Source of the DNA: the human T2T-CHM13v2.0 reference genome, Homo sapiens
Strand: one strand, 5' to 3'
Length of the DNA stretch: 64,000 nt
NCBI RefSeq assembly: GCF_009914755.1
Contig: NC_060940.1
The notes beneath the pieces were generated by a model. That model made no database searches, was not told where the DNA came from, and saw only the letters and a program-made list of their open reading frames with translations. Position 1 is the first letter of the stretch. Every line of letters starts with the position of its first letter. The position numbers and the translations under genes are program-made. This document shows, in pieces, positions 16,181-28,664 of the stretch.

Positions 16181-19100
16181 CTTTCTTTAAATTATACTTT
16201 ACGTTCTGGGGTACATGTGCAGAATGTGCAGTTTTGTTACATAGGTATACACACGCCATGGTTGTTTGCTGCACCCATCAACCTGCCATCTACCTTAGGT
16301 ATTTCTCCTAATGCTATCCCTCCCCTAGCCCTTTACCTCCTGACAGGCCTCAGTGTGTGATATTCCCCTCCCTGTGTCCATGTGGTCTCATGGTTCAACT
16401 ACCACTTACGAGTGAAAACAGCGGTGTCTGGTTTTCTGTTCTTCTGTTAGTTTGCTGAGAATGATGGTTGTCAGCTTCATCCATGTCCCTGCAAAGGACA
16501 TGAACTCATCCTTTTTTATGGCTGCATAGTATTCCATGGTGTATATGTGCCACATTTTCTTTATCCAGTCTATTATTGATGGACATTTGGGTTGGTTTCA
16601 AGTCTTTGCTATTGGGAATAGTGCCGCAATAAACACACGGGTGCATTTGTCTTTGTAGTAGAATGACTTATAATCCTTGGGGTACATACCAAGTAATGGG
16701 ATTGCTGGGTCAAATGGTATTTCTAGTTCTAGATCCTTGAGGAATCGCCACACTGTCTTCCACAATGGATGAACTTATTTACACTCCCACCAACAGTGTA
16801 AAAATGTTACTATCTCTCCACATCCTCTCCAGCATCTGTTGTTTCCTATTTAATTGTCACCATTCTAACTGGTGTGAGATGGTATCTCACTGTGGTTTTG
16901 ATTTGCGTTTCTCTAGTGACCAGTGATGAGGAGGATTTTTTCATGTTTTTTTGGCTGCATAAATGTCTTCTTTCGAGAAATGTCTGTTCGTATCCTTCAC
17001 CTACTTTTTGATGGGTTTTTTTTTCTTGTAAATTTGTTGTAGATTCTGGATATTAGCCCTTTGTCAGATGGATAGATTGCAAAAATTTTCTCCCATTCTG
17101 TAGGTTGCCTGTTCACTCTGATGATAGTTTCTTTTGCTGTGCAGAAGCACTTTACTTTAATTATATCTCATTTATCAGTATTAGCTTTTGTTGCCATTGC
17201 TTTTGGTGTTTTAGACTTGAAGTCTTTGCCCATGCCTATGTCCTGAATGGTATTGCCTAGATTTTCTTCTGGGATTTTTATGGTTTCAGGTCTTGATAAG
17301 TCTTTCATCCATCTTGAGTTAATTTTTGTATAAGCTGTAAGGAAGGGGGTCCAGTTTCAGTTTTCTGTATATGGCTTGCCAGTTTTCCCAACACCACTTA
17401 TTAAATAGTTCCGGAATTCTTTCCCCATTGTTTGTTTGTGTCAAGATTGTCAAAGATCAGATGGTTGTAGATGTGTGGTGTTATTTGGGAGGCCTCTGCT
17501 CTGTTCCATTGGTGTATATATCTGTTTTGGTACCAGTACCATGCTGTTTCAGTTACTGTAGCCTTGTAGTATAGTTTGAAGTCAGGTAGCATGATGCCTC
17601 CAGCTTTGTTTTTTTTTTTTTTTTTGCTTAGGAATGTCATGGCTATGCAGGATTTTTTTTGGTTCCATATGAACTTTAAAATATTTTTTTCCAATTCTGT
17701 GAAGAAAGTCATTGGTAGTTTGATGGGGACAGCATTCAATCTATAAATTGCTTTGGGCAGTATGGCCATTTTCATGATATTTATTCTTCTTATTCATGAG
17801 CATGGAATGTTTTTCCATTTGTTTCGGTCCTCTCTTATTTCCTTGAGCAGTGGTTTGTAGTTCTCCCTGAAGAGATCCTTCACATCCCTTGTAAGTTGTA
17901 TTCCTAGGTATTTTATTTTCTTTGTAGCAATTTTGAGTGGGAGTTCACTCATGATTTGGCTCTCTGTTTTTCTGTTATTGGGTTATAGAAATGCTTGTGA
18001 TTTTTGCACATTGATTTTGTATCCTGAGACTTTGCTGAAGTTGCTTATCAGCTTAAGGAGATTTTGGGCTGAGACGATGGGGTTTTCTAAATATACAATC
18101 GTGTCATCTGCACACAGAGACAATCTGACTTCCTCTTTTCCTATTTTTATACAATTTATTTCTTTCTCTTGCCTGATTACCCTGGCCAGATCTCTCAATA
18201 CTATGTTGAATTGGAGTGGTGAGAGAGGCATCGTTGTCTTGTGCTGGTTTTCAAAGTAAATGCTTCCAGTTTTTGCCCATTCCATATGATATTGGCTGTG
18301 GGTTTGCCATAAATAGCTTTTATTATTTTGAGATACATTCCATGGATACCTAGAGTATTGAGTTTTTAGCATGAAGTGGTGTTGAATTTTGTTGAAGTCC
18401 TTTTCTGCATCTATTGAGATAATCATGTGGTTTCTGTCATTGGTTCTGTTTATGTGATGGATTACACTTATTGAATTGCATATGTTGAAACAGCCTTGCA
18501 TCCCAGGGATGAAGCCGACTTGATCGTGGTGGATAAGCTTTTTGATGTGCTGCTGGATTCGGTTTGCCAGTATTTTATTGAGAATTGGTGCATTGATGTT
18601 CATCAGGGATATTGGCCTGAACTTTTTTTTTTTTGTTATGTCTCTGCCAGGTTTTGGTATCAGGATGATGCTGGCTTCATAAAAAGAGTTAGAGAGGAGT
18701 CCCTCTTTTTCTATTGTTTGAAATAGTTTCAGAAGGAATGGTAACAGTTCCTCTTTGTACCTCTGGTAGAATTTGGCTGTGAATCCATCTGGTCCTGGAC
18801 TTTTTTTGGTTGGTATGCTATTAATTACTGCCTCAATTTCAGAATTTATTATTGTTCTATTCAGGGATTCGACTTCTTCCTGCTTTAGACTTGGGACGGT
18901 GTATGTGTCCAGGCATTTATCCACTTCTTCTAGATTTTCTAGTGTATTTGCATAGAGGTTTTTATAGTATTCTCTGATGGTAGTTTGTATTTCGGTGGGA
19001 TCAGTAGTGATATCCCCTATATTACATTTTATTGCATCTATTTGATTCTTCTCTCTTTTCTTCTTTATTAATATGGCTAACTTTCTATCTATTTTGTTGA

Positions 19101-20110
19101 TGTGCTGTATTCAGGAGACCCATCTCATGTGCAAAGACACACATAGGCTCAAAATAAAGGGATGGAGGAATATTTACCAAGCAAATGGAAAGCAAAAAAA
19201 AAAAAAAAAGAAAGAAAAAAAACAAAAGCAGGAGTTGCAATCCTAATCTCTCATAAAACATTTTAAACCAAAAAAGATCAAAAGAGACAAAGAAAGGCAC
19301 TGCATAATGGTAAAGGGATCAATGCAGCAAGAAGAGCTAAATATCCTAAATATATATGCACCAAATACAGGAGCACCCAGATTCATAAAGGAAGTCCTTA
19401 GAGACCTACAAAGAGACTTAGACTCCCATACAACAAGAGTGGGAGACTTTAACTCCCCGCTGTCAATATTAGACAGATCAACGAGACAGAAAATTAACAA
19501 GGATATTTAGGACTTGAAGTCAGCTCTGGACCAAGCAGACCTAATAGATATCTACAGAACTCTCCACCCCAAGTCAACAGAATATACATTCTTCTCAGCA
19601 CCTCATTGCACATATTCTAAAACTGACCACATAATTGGAAGTAATACACTCCTCGCCAAATGCAAAAGAACAGAAATCATAACAAACAGTCTCTCAGACC
19701 ACAGTGCAATAATCAAATTAGAACTCAGGATGAAGAAATTCACTCAAAACTGCACAACTACATGGAAACTGAAAAACCTGTTCCTGAGTGTCTACTGGGT
19801 AAATAAAGAAATGAAGGCAGAAATAAAGATGATCTTTGAAACCAATGAGAACAAAGACACAACATATGAGAATCTCCGGGACACATTTAAAGCAGTGTGT
19901 AGAGGGAAATTTATAGCACTAGATGCCTACAAGAGAAAGCAGGAAAGATCTAAAACTGACACCCTAACATCAAAATTAAAAGAACTAGAGAAGCAAGAGC
20001 AAATTCAAAAGCTAGCAGAAGAGAAGAAATAACTAAGATCAGAGCAGAACTGAAGGAGATAAAGACATGAAAATCAACTCCAAAAAATCAATGATCCAGG
20101 AGCTGGTTTT
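16181..20110 (-). mobile_element. Primate L1 (L1PA type), 5'-truncated with 5' inversion: 16181-19100 minus (ORF2 RT to 3'UTR) and 19101-20110 plus (ORF2 endonuclease region)
   Basis: Minus ORFs carry L1 RT motifs ([48 protein letters not shown]); plus ORFs carry EN motifs ([27 protein letters not shown]); L1 3'UTR end at 16181; multiple frameshifts. Confidence 0.95.
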
Positions 20111-21259
20111 ATGAATCTTTAATTCTGTGTTGAGAAATTTAAAATTTCTTTAGTTTGATGATTGAAGTCCTTATGCCATCGTTCTGAGATTTTCTTTTTT
20201 ATTTCTCATATATTTTATCCATCTCTAAATTCTTTTCTACCAAATTATATATGTTTCAATTTGTAGTATTTTAATAAGTTGAAATTAGAAAGTAACTATC
20301 TTCCCTTAATGTGTACCATTTAACAAATAATGACATAACCATAACTTTTCTCAAAACAGAAAAAATTATCCTCAAAATTTCCTCTTGTTGTCCTGTAATT
20401 TCCACTTCCTACACCTTCCCTTCTCATACCATGACCACGGCCAACTACTGGTTTTCATTATGTAACTTTAGATTAGTTTTCATTTTATAGAATTTATAAA
20501 AGTGGAACTGTATGTATGTACTTGTATTTCTTTGGTTTATGTTACTCGTCATAAGTACTTGTGAATTTACCCTTGTTGCTCATTTCCAGCAGTACTTGTT
20601 TGAACAGTGGGTATTATTCAAGTGAATGAATTTAGAACAAAGTGTTTACTGCTTAACCTGCTGATCAATATTTGGATTGCTTTCAGTATCTGGGTATTGT
20701 AAAGAAAGGTGCTACTCAGCTTAGAGAACTACACAGTTGAGAAAGACAATGTTCTTATTCCTACATCAACGTGAACAGCAGTTAAACTGAAAAAGCTGCA
20801 CTTCAATACATTTTCTTCAACACATCAGGTAATTAAAGTTGTAGAACTCTTTGTGTGTGTCAGTTTGTGTGTGAGAGAGGAGGGAGGAAGGGACACAGAA
20901 CAAGTGAGAGATCCTACATAACTGACCATAATTTATGAGGTGCTCAAATATATACAAGGACTTAGTCCTGAAGGACAAGGTCCACATTAGATGGAGAGGA
21001 CAACTTGGTGCACCTACGTATGGCTATATATTTATATAAATATCATTGTCTAATAATACAATAATATACATTAGAATACATATGGTGGAGAGTAAAATAT
21101 GTCAGTGATGAAAAACCCCACCTCCAGCACCTTTTTTCCCCTCTTGCACCTGCCTTAATGTGTCCTGAGCGCCCCTTGGTGACCTGAGCACCCCCTGGTG
21201 TTCTGAGCTTCCCTGCAGGGAGGTTTGTGTCTGGCCCCACAATGACTTCCCCCTCTGTG

Positions 21260-21526
21260 TCTTTTGCATAAAAATCCATGGTGGTGTACTCATTGCACAT
21301 GTAGCTCAGCTGTAGGAAAAACTGCTTTCTGAATGTGTATCTGGAGGTGGTGACTGGACTCTTGAGAAGCGGGTGGTACTGTGTGCTTCCTCATGACCTA
21401 CACACCTGACCCACTTCAGCTCCTTCCCTGGGGGCTGGCAGATCCAGCTCCAGGAGGAAGTACTGGTTATGATCGGAAATCCAGAGGCGGCACAGGTGAA
21501 GGAGAGGGTCTCTGAGGGCTTTACTA
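21260..21526 (-). pseudogene. Clan II IGHV relic (IGHV(II)-15-1-like), 5'-truncated
   Basis: [40 protein letters not shown], then frameshifts; degenerate RSS CACAGAG (21253-21259) - 22 bp - ACACAAACC (21222-21230). Confidence 0.8.
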
Positions 21527-21529
21527 GAA

Positions 21530-22032
21530 CATGACTGCACTGAAAAACACAATTTTTGTCATACGCAGCATCTGAATGACATTTTGATGAGAACGATCCC
21601 AGGCTAGAAGCATCAATAATAAGGTTGACATCAGTGTAAGGTTGGACAGGCAGTTGCTGTGCAGATATTTTCACAGAAGTAATTATTTTATTGTTGTGGT
21701 TGTCTTTGTGCAAGGTTGTGGCTTTTCTGAGTGTTATAAAACTAGCTCTTGTTGTTAGGGATATAAGTAATTATTTTGTTGTTGTGGTTGCCTTTGTGCA
21801 CAGTTGTGGCTATTCTGAGTGTTATAAAGCTAGCTGTTGTTCTTAGGGATATAAGTAATTCTTTTATTGTTGTGGTTGCCTTTGTTCAATTTGTGGTTTT
21901 TTGGAGTGTTATAAAACTAGGTCTTGTTCTCAGGGGTATGTGCATGAGAAGCTTCCATAAATGGCCTTCCCCAGCTCCATGTGTCAGGATTTGAACACAA
22001 GGGACTCCAGTTGGATTCCGACAACTTTTACA
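21530..22032 (-). mobile_element. Solo LTR of ERV1/MER4 group (MER34-like) containing a 3x ~88-bp internal tandem repeat (21677-21938)
   Basis: Minus strand starts TGTAAAAGTTGTCGGAATCCAACTGGAGTCCC, resembling the MER34-type LTR 5' end from recall; the triple repeat AAGTAATT..TTGTGGTTG..GAGTGTTATAAA.CTAG..AGGGATAT is directly visible. Confidence 0.6.
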
Positions 22033-22943
22033 GGCTCTTCTAACACTACCGGTAAAGAAGGTGACTCTGTGACAGTTTACACAGCACAGGATCAATTCCA
22101 CATCCTCACCCCACTTTGACCAAAGAAGCTTATGCCCTCATTCCTAATGGCCACATGCATTCCCAGATGCGTCTCCAGAAAACAGAGTGGAGTGTGCTTA
22201 ATAATGAGAGAGAAGAAAGTCTCAGCAGCCTCTCCCAATGGCTGCAGGAGTCACAGCCTGAGCCCCACCTAAGCTCCAGGGAAAGGGCTTGAGCCCCAGG
22301 ATTTAGACCACAGGGACAACATCATTTTTTCCAGAAAGCAGGAAAAGCAAATGGAAAAGCAAGAACCACTAAAAATGAAAGTCAGAAAGCACCAGATCAG
22401 TGCTGATACTCATTTGAATATTTTCAGGAGAAATGTCATACATAAAACCTGTGAGGTCCTACATGACACTGAACCTGGTCCAGCCTCTCTCTTGGCTGTA
22501 ATCAAAATCCCTAAAAGCCATTCTAGTCAGGGAATCCCATTGAAGTTCCTGTCCTGAGTCTGACTGGAGAAGACTCACCGGGCACCCCTGAGCTTCCTCA
22601 CGACTCTGATGCTGGTGCGCATGGTTGAGGAGTTCTCATTCCTGTAGGTGGCAATGTACATACTGTGCATGTGAGAATGAGTCCTCATATTACAATGATT
22701 AAAAAAAATATGTAGAGATGACATTGGTGGGTACAGAAATCTAAAATTAAAGAGTTTCCCTAGAGAAACTGTCAGAAGCAGAGGAAGTCCCAAATCCTGA
22801 CAGGAAACAAACCCCAGCCTCCATGTGAACCTGCTCTGGGGTTGACTCTGATGAATGGGTCCTGAGCGTCCCCTGCAGTGATTTCCCCCAACGTTCCTGT
22901 AGGAGGTTTGTGTCTGGGCTCACACTTGTGTCTCCTCACAGGA

Positions 22944-23398
22944 TTTCTCACACAGTAATACACGGCCATGTCTTTGGCTCTCTGTCTGTTCTTTTGCAGA
23001 TACAGGGACTTGCTGGAATTGTCTCTGGAGATGGTAAATTGGCCCTTCACGGAGTCCACATAGTGCGTCTTACCGCCATTCCAACTAATACCCGAGACCC
23101 ACTCCAGCCCCTTTCCTGGAGCCTAGAGGACCCAGTTCATGTCACTGTTACTGAAGGTGAATCCAGAGGCTGCACAGGAGTGTCTCAGGGACCCCCCAGG
23201 CTGGACCAAGCCTCCCCCAGACTCCACCAGCTGCACCTCACACTGCACACCTGCAAACACAGAGACATCCTGGTCAGAAACTGCCACACATAGCCACTGT
23301 TCTGTCACTCATGTCCCCTCACACTCAATATCCTTAGTTCTCCATGAATTACCTTTTAAAATAGCAGCAAGAAAAACCCAGCTCAGCCAAAATTCCAT
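22944..23398 (-). pseudogene. IGHV3OR16-16: IGHV3-16-like orphon V pseudogene (leader 23353-23398, V-exon 22944-23250)
   Basis: Open leader MEFWLSWVFLAAILKG; [38 protein letters not shown] (TAG at 23123-23125)...VYYCVR; non-canonical heptamer TCCTGTG (22937-22943) - 23 bp - ACACAAACC (22905-22913). Name among OR16-14/15/16 is uncertain. Confidence 0.75.
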
Positions 23399-23518
23399 GG
23401 TAATTTGTTTATTGCTGTTGACCCAATAGAAACACCTGAGAATCCCAGGGCTGGGGCTTCTCTCCCACGGCTGCAGGGTCAGGGCTGGGCTGCTTTTCAT
23501 CAGAAAAGGGAGGGTCCT

Positions 23519-23526
23519 ATTTGCAT
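23519..23526 (-). promoter_or_regulatory. Intact VH promoter octamer ATGCAAAT
   Basis: ATTTGCAT on + strand ~120 bp upstream of the leader ATG. Confidence 0.9.
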
Positions 23527-23879
23527 GTCTCCTATTACATAGCAAGCTCTGAAGTGGGACACCTGAGGAGAGGACTGAGCCCAGAGTAATGAGAGTGAAA
23601 CAGCAAACCTGAACAACTACAGATAAAAAAAAAAAAAACCTCAGCATATCAGAGTTGATATCATGGAGCAAACATGAACTGAAAATTTGAGGATAGGGGT
23701 TGATAGGGAGACCCAGGATGCATATATGAGTGTACCTGGGGCAGGTGTCACTCCATGGCATTTAAGCTAACCTGGAAACATTTAGAGTTCCTTGAGGATG
23801 TGCGCATTAACAGTGTTGGAGTGTGAAGCTTCTAGAGCCATATATTGTTGCAGGCTTTCCTTACAAAGTTTGAAATATC

Positions 23880-25400
23880 CCACATGACCTCACACTCACA
23901 CAGTGTGACCTTGCACATCCCCAAGGTCACCTCACATGTGCCCTGAGTCACCTCACACATCCCCAATGTCACCTTACACATCCCGCAGGTCACCTCAAAC
24001 ATTTCCCAGGTAACCTCACACAAGTCCCAATTCACCTCACACATCCCACAGGTAACCTCACACTCACCCAAGGTCACCTCGCACATCCTCCATGTCACCT
24101 CAGATGCGCCTTAGGTGACCTCACATGTGCTCAGGTCACTTCACACATCAGGCAGGTCACCTCACATATTCCCCATGTTACCTCACACACACTCCTGCTA
24201 AGCTCACACATCCCCCACGTCACCTCAAACGCACCCACATCACCTCACACATTCCCCAGGTCACCTCACATGTCCCACAGGTCACCTCACACATTCCCCA
24301 GGTCACTTCACATGTCCCACAGGTCACCTCACACGTTCCCCAGGTCACCTCACACGTCCCCCATGTCACCTCAGATGCGCCTTAGGTGACCTTACATGTG
24401 CTCAGGTCACCTCACACATCAGGCAGGTCACCTCACATATTCCTCATGTCACCTCACACACACTCCTGCTAAGCTCACACATCCCCCACGTCACCTCAAA
24501 CGCACCCACATCACCTCACACATTCCCCAGGTCACCTCACATGTCCCACAGGTCACCTCACACATCCCCCAGGTCACCTCACACGTTCCCCAGGTCACCT
24601 CACACATTCCCCAGGTCACCTCACACGTCCCCCAGGTCACCTCACACATCCCCCAGGTCACCTCACACGTTCCCCAGGTCACCTCACACATTCCCCACGT
24701 CACGTCACACGTCCCCCAGGTCACCTCACACATTCCCCACGTCACCTCACACATCTGCCACGTCACCTCACATGTCCCACAGGTCACCTCACACATCCCC
24801 CAGGTCACCTCACACGTCCCCCAGGTCACCTCACACATCCCCCAGGTCACCTCACATGTCCCACAGGTCACCTCACACGTCCCCCAGGTCACCTCACACA
24901 TTCGCCACGTCACCTCACACATACCCCAGGTCACCTCACACATTCCCCACGTCACCTCACACATCCGCCACGTCACCTCACATGTCCCACAGGTCTCCTC
25001 ACACGTACCCCAGGTCACCTCACACATCCCCCAGGTCACCTCACACGTCCCACAGGTCACCTCACACGTCCCACAGGTCACCTCACACATTCCCACAGGT
25101 CACCTCACACATCCCCCAGGTCACCTCACACGTCCCACAGGTCACCTCACACGTCCCCCAGGTCACCTCACACATGCCTTAGGTCACATCATACATGCCC
25201 AAGTCACCTCATGAGTTCCCCATGTCACCTCATGCATGTCCGGGTAACCTCACACGCACCCAAGCCACCACACATGCACCCTGGGTCACCTCACATGAGC
25301 CCAAGTTCACCTCACACATACCCCCAGGTAACCTTACACATCCCCCAGGTCACCTCACACATCCCCCAGGTCACCTCACTGTCACGTGACCAGGTCACCT
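23880..25400. repeat. 21-bp minisatellite/VNTR, roughly 70 units, consensus CAGGTCACCTCACACATCCCC
   Basis: Directly visible; yields 7-aa periodic ORFs (QVTSHIP)n, (RSPHTSP)n and (CEVTWGM)n; homogeneous core with degenerate edges. Confidence 0.97.
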
Positions 25401-25509
25401 CACCTTCATACAGGTAGGTCGCTTCACACATGCTATGATACATGTATACATCATGGAATTGTTAATCAAGCTATTTAAAATATCCATCACCTCACAAATG
25501 TGTAATTTC

Positions 25510-25805
25510 TTTTTTTTTTTTTTTTTTGAGACTGAGTCTCACTCTGTCGCCGAGGCTGGAGTGCAGTGGTGCGATCTCGGTCACTGCAGCCTTTGCTTCC
25601 CAGGTTCAAACAATTTTCCTGCCTCAGCCTCCCGAGTAGCTGGGATTACAGGCGCCCAACACCACGCCTGGCTAACTTTTGTGTGTTTAGTGGAGACAGG
25701 GTTTCACCATTTTGGCCAGTCTGGTCTTGAACTCCTGACCTTGTGATCCACCCACCTCGGCCTCCAAAAGTGCTGGGATTAGAGGTGTGAGCCCCCACTC
25801 CCGAC
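25510..25805 (-). mobile_element. Alu (AluS-type) inserted in an older L1M 3' fragment (~25420-26110)
   Basis: Poly(T) plus antisense Alu; T(G/A)TAATTTCT on both flanks. Confidence 0.93.
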
Positions 25806-26127
25806 CTGTATAATTTCTTAGTGGGAAAAATTTTAACATTTACATTTTTAGCCATTTTGAAATATACAATGCATTCATAGCCATATTTTCCATCTTGTGC
25901 ATTAGAACACTGCAACTTACTCCTTCTGTCTAACTGGAACATTTTACACTTTGACCAAAATCTCTCCTTTTCCAGTCCACCCCTCCAGCCCCTGGTAACC
26001 AACATTCTATTCTACTTCTGTGAGTCTACCATTTTAATGCACTACAGTGAAATCATGAATTACTTGTCTTCTGCTCCTGCTTGTTGCATTTCACATGTGG
26101 TCCTCTAGAGTCATGATTGCTGTCGCA

Positions 26128-26736
26128 TTTCAAAACCAATCATGCCTGTTCAAGAGTCTGCCAAAGTCTTAACTCATTTGAGCCTTAACTCAAAAGTCCA
26201 CAGTCCAAGGTCTCATTTGAGATGAGGCAAGTCTCTTCCATATGAGCCTGTAAAATAAAAACGAAGTCAGTTACTTCCTAGAAAGAATGGGAGTTCAGGC
26301 ATTGTGTAAATACAGCCATTCCAAATGGAGAAATTGGTCCAAACTACAGGCCCCATGCAAGTCTGAAATCCAGCTGAGCAGTCAAATCTTCATGTTCCAA
26401 AATAATCTTCTTTGACTCCATGTCTCAAATCTAGGTTACCTGATGTAACAGGTGGGTTCCCATGGTCTTGGGCAGTTCTGCCCCTGTGGCAGAACTTTTT
26501 TAAAATTTTTCAAATGAAAAGTTTTAAAAAGCTTTTGCAGGGCACAGTCTCCCTCCTGGCTGCTTTCACGAGCTGGCATTGAGTGTATGTGGTTTTTCCA
26601 GAAATATAGTGCAAGCTGTCAGTGGATCTACCATTCTGGGTTCTGGAGGGCAGTGGCTTTCTTCTTACAGCTCCACTAGGTGGTACACCAGTAGAAACTC
26701 TGTGTGGGATTTCTGACCCCACATTTCCCTGTCACA
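26128..26736. mobile_element. MaLR (THE1/MST) internal-sequence fragment
   Basis: CAAAACCAATCATGCC...AAAGTCTTAACTCATTT...CAAAAGTCCACAGTCCAA...GTGCAAGCTGTCAGTGGATCTACCATTCTGGG resembles THE1/MST-int from recall. Confidence 0.75.
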
Positions 26737-26905
26737 CTGGGACTAAAGGCACTTGCCACAATACCTGGCTATTTTTTGTATTTTTAGTAGAGACGGGGTT
26801 TTACCATGTTGGCCAGGCTGGTCTTGAACTCTTGACCTCAGGTGATCTGCCTGCCTATGACTCCCAAAGTGCTGGGATTACAGGCCTGAGCCACCATGCC
26901 TGGCC
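26737..26905 (-). mobile_element. Partial Alu (left arm plus linker)
   Basis: TTTTTGTATTTTTAGTAGAGACGGGG...CCACCATGCCTGGCC, abutting the MaLR fragment. Confidence 0.9.
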
Positions 26906-28111
26906 AAGATTAATATGTCATTTAATGATGTATTTGAAAACTTCATGGTTCTACAAATACACATACATACACAACAGCCCAGCAAAGACACATACATATG
27001 CCCATGCAAAAGTGAACGTATATCTAAACACCAAAATAGCACACCTATTTGTTTCATATTTTTTAATTACTTAATTGAATTTAAACTGTGTTTGCAGTTT
27101 GAGGTGGTAGTAGAAAATAATGCTCTTCTACGTGTATGTCTGCCTATTCCAATACTAAAAAGACAAATATATTTAAATACATGTTTTGTTAAAGCTGAAT
27201 GTAAATGCTGTTCTTGCCAAATATGTCACTCAAATGTGCAATGGTATTAACTTTAAATATCAGTCTGTTTTTAATAAATTGAATAACTAATAAGACAAAC
27301 ATTGTATTACATTATTTGTTAAATTTAGATTGTAGTTTTCAAACCAGGAAAGATAAAATTGTTTCATTTGAAAAATTAAAAAAAAAACTTTTTTGGCATG
27401 AATATTCAATACAAACTCTGGTATTTATTTGTCAATATTCCTTTATGATAGAGAACATCCAGGATAATGAAACTGAACACAGCCCATGATTTTCAGGGCT
27501 CACTCACAATGGCATCTTCCTAGAGGATGGTCTCAGAGGGTCCAAGCACATGGGGATTTGGACTTCATCATCAAAACACTAGTGAGCCCCAGGGCTGAAC
27601 ACACAGAGGGCAGCAGGAGCTGCAGAGCCCACTCTGTGGTACTTAGGGAAATGAGGGGATGGTCTGCAGGACCTGGAAAAGGGTGAGTAGGGCAGAGTCT
27701 GCAGGTAGATGAGCATATTCTAAGGAGAGCCATTATCCTCTAAACTTGGTTGGCTTCAATGATTATGAAGACAAGGGAACTGATTCACCAGACTTGGAGG
27801 TCAGAAAGTAAAGTGACTTTCTTTTTCCTTCATGGAGACTGAGGAAGGTAAAATACTTTCAAAGAAAAAGGGAAGATGGAGAAACAGTCTGAAAAACAGG
27901 ACACCTGAAGCCAACCAAAATGGAGAACAAGAGCATTTAAAGTCGTGTTTAATTTCCAAAAACAGCAGATGAAAGAAAAAGAAACAAAATGCCATGTATA
28001 CGCTGAGTTAATGTTAAAAAACATGTACAATTGTTTGACTATTACAGCACAAAAATACAAAACTCTAATCATTGAAACAGTTTATATTGAGGATATACAT
28101 TTTCTTTAAAT

Positions 28112-28371
<260 letters not shown>

Positions 28372-28664
28372 TTTTATAATTTTACTATTTTAATAATAGT
28401 ATTATTTTTAATCAAGAGAATATATAAATAACCTATTTTAAAAATTGTCCTGAGAGATCATTGCTAGTATTACTTGGAAAATATGCAGCATTAAAAGTTG
28501 AATTAAATTCCTGTTCTAAGTTAATGTTTTGTAGGTAAAAGTAATCATGGATTTACAAGGAAGAAATGGTGAGAGATCCTGGGGAAGACTTTTGCTTGAC
28601 CAGGTCGGGAATCACCAAGGTTTAAAAGAAAACCACAGCTTCTCAGGCTCCTGATTTGGAGCTG

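Noticed and set aside
17983-18924. 313-aa reverse-transcriptase-like ORF as a novel RT system
   Set aside because: Fragment of a frameshifted L1 ORF2
24396-25214. 272-aa (QVTSHIP)n ORF and overlapping 201/213-aa ORFs on both strands
   Set aside because: By-products of a stop-free 21-bp repeat; no start context, splice or domain evidence
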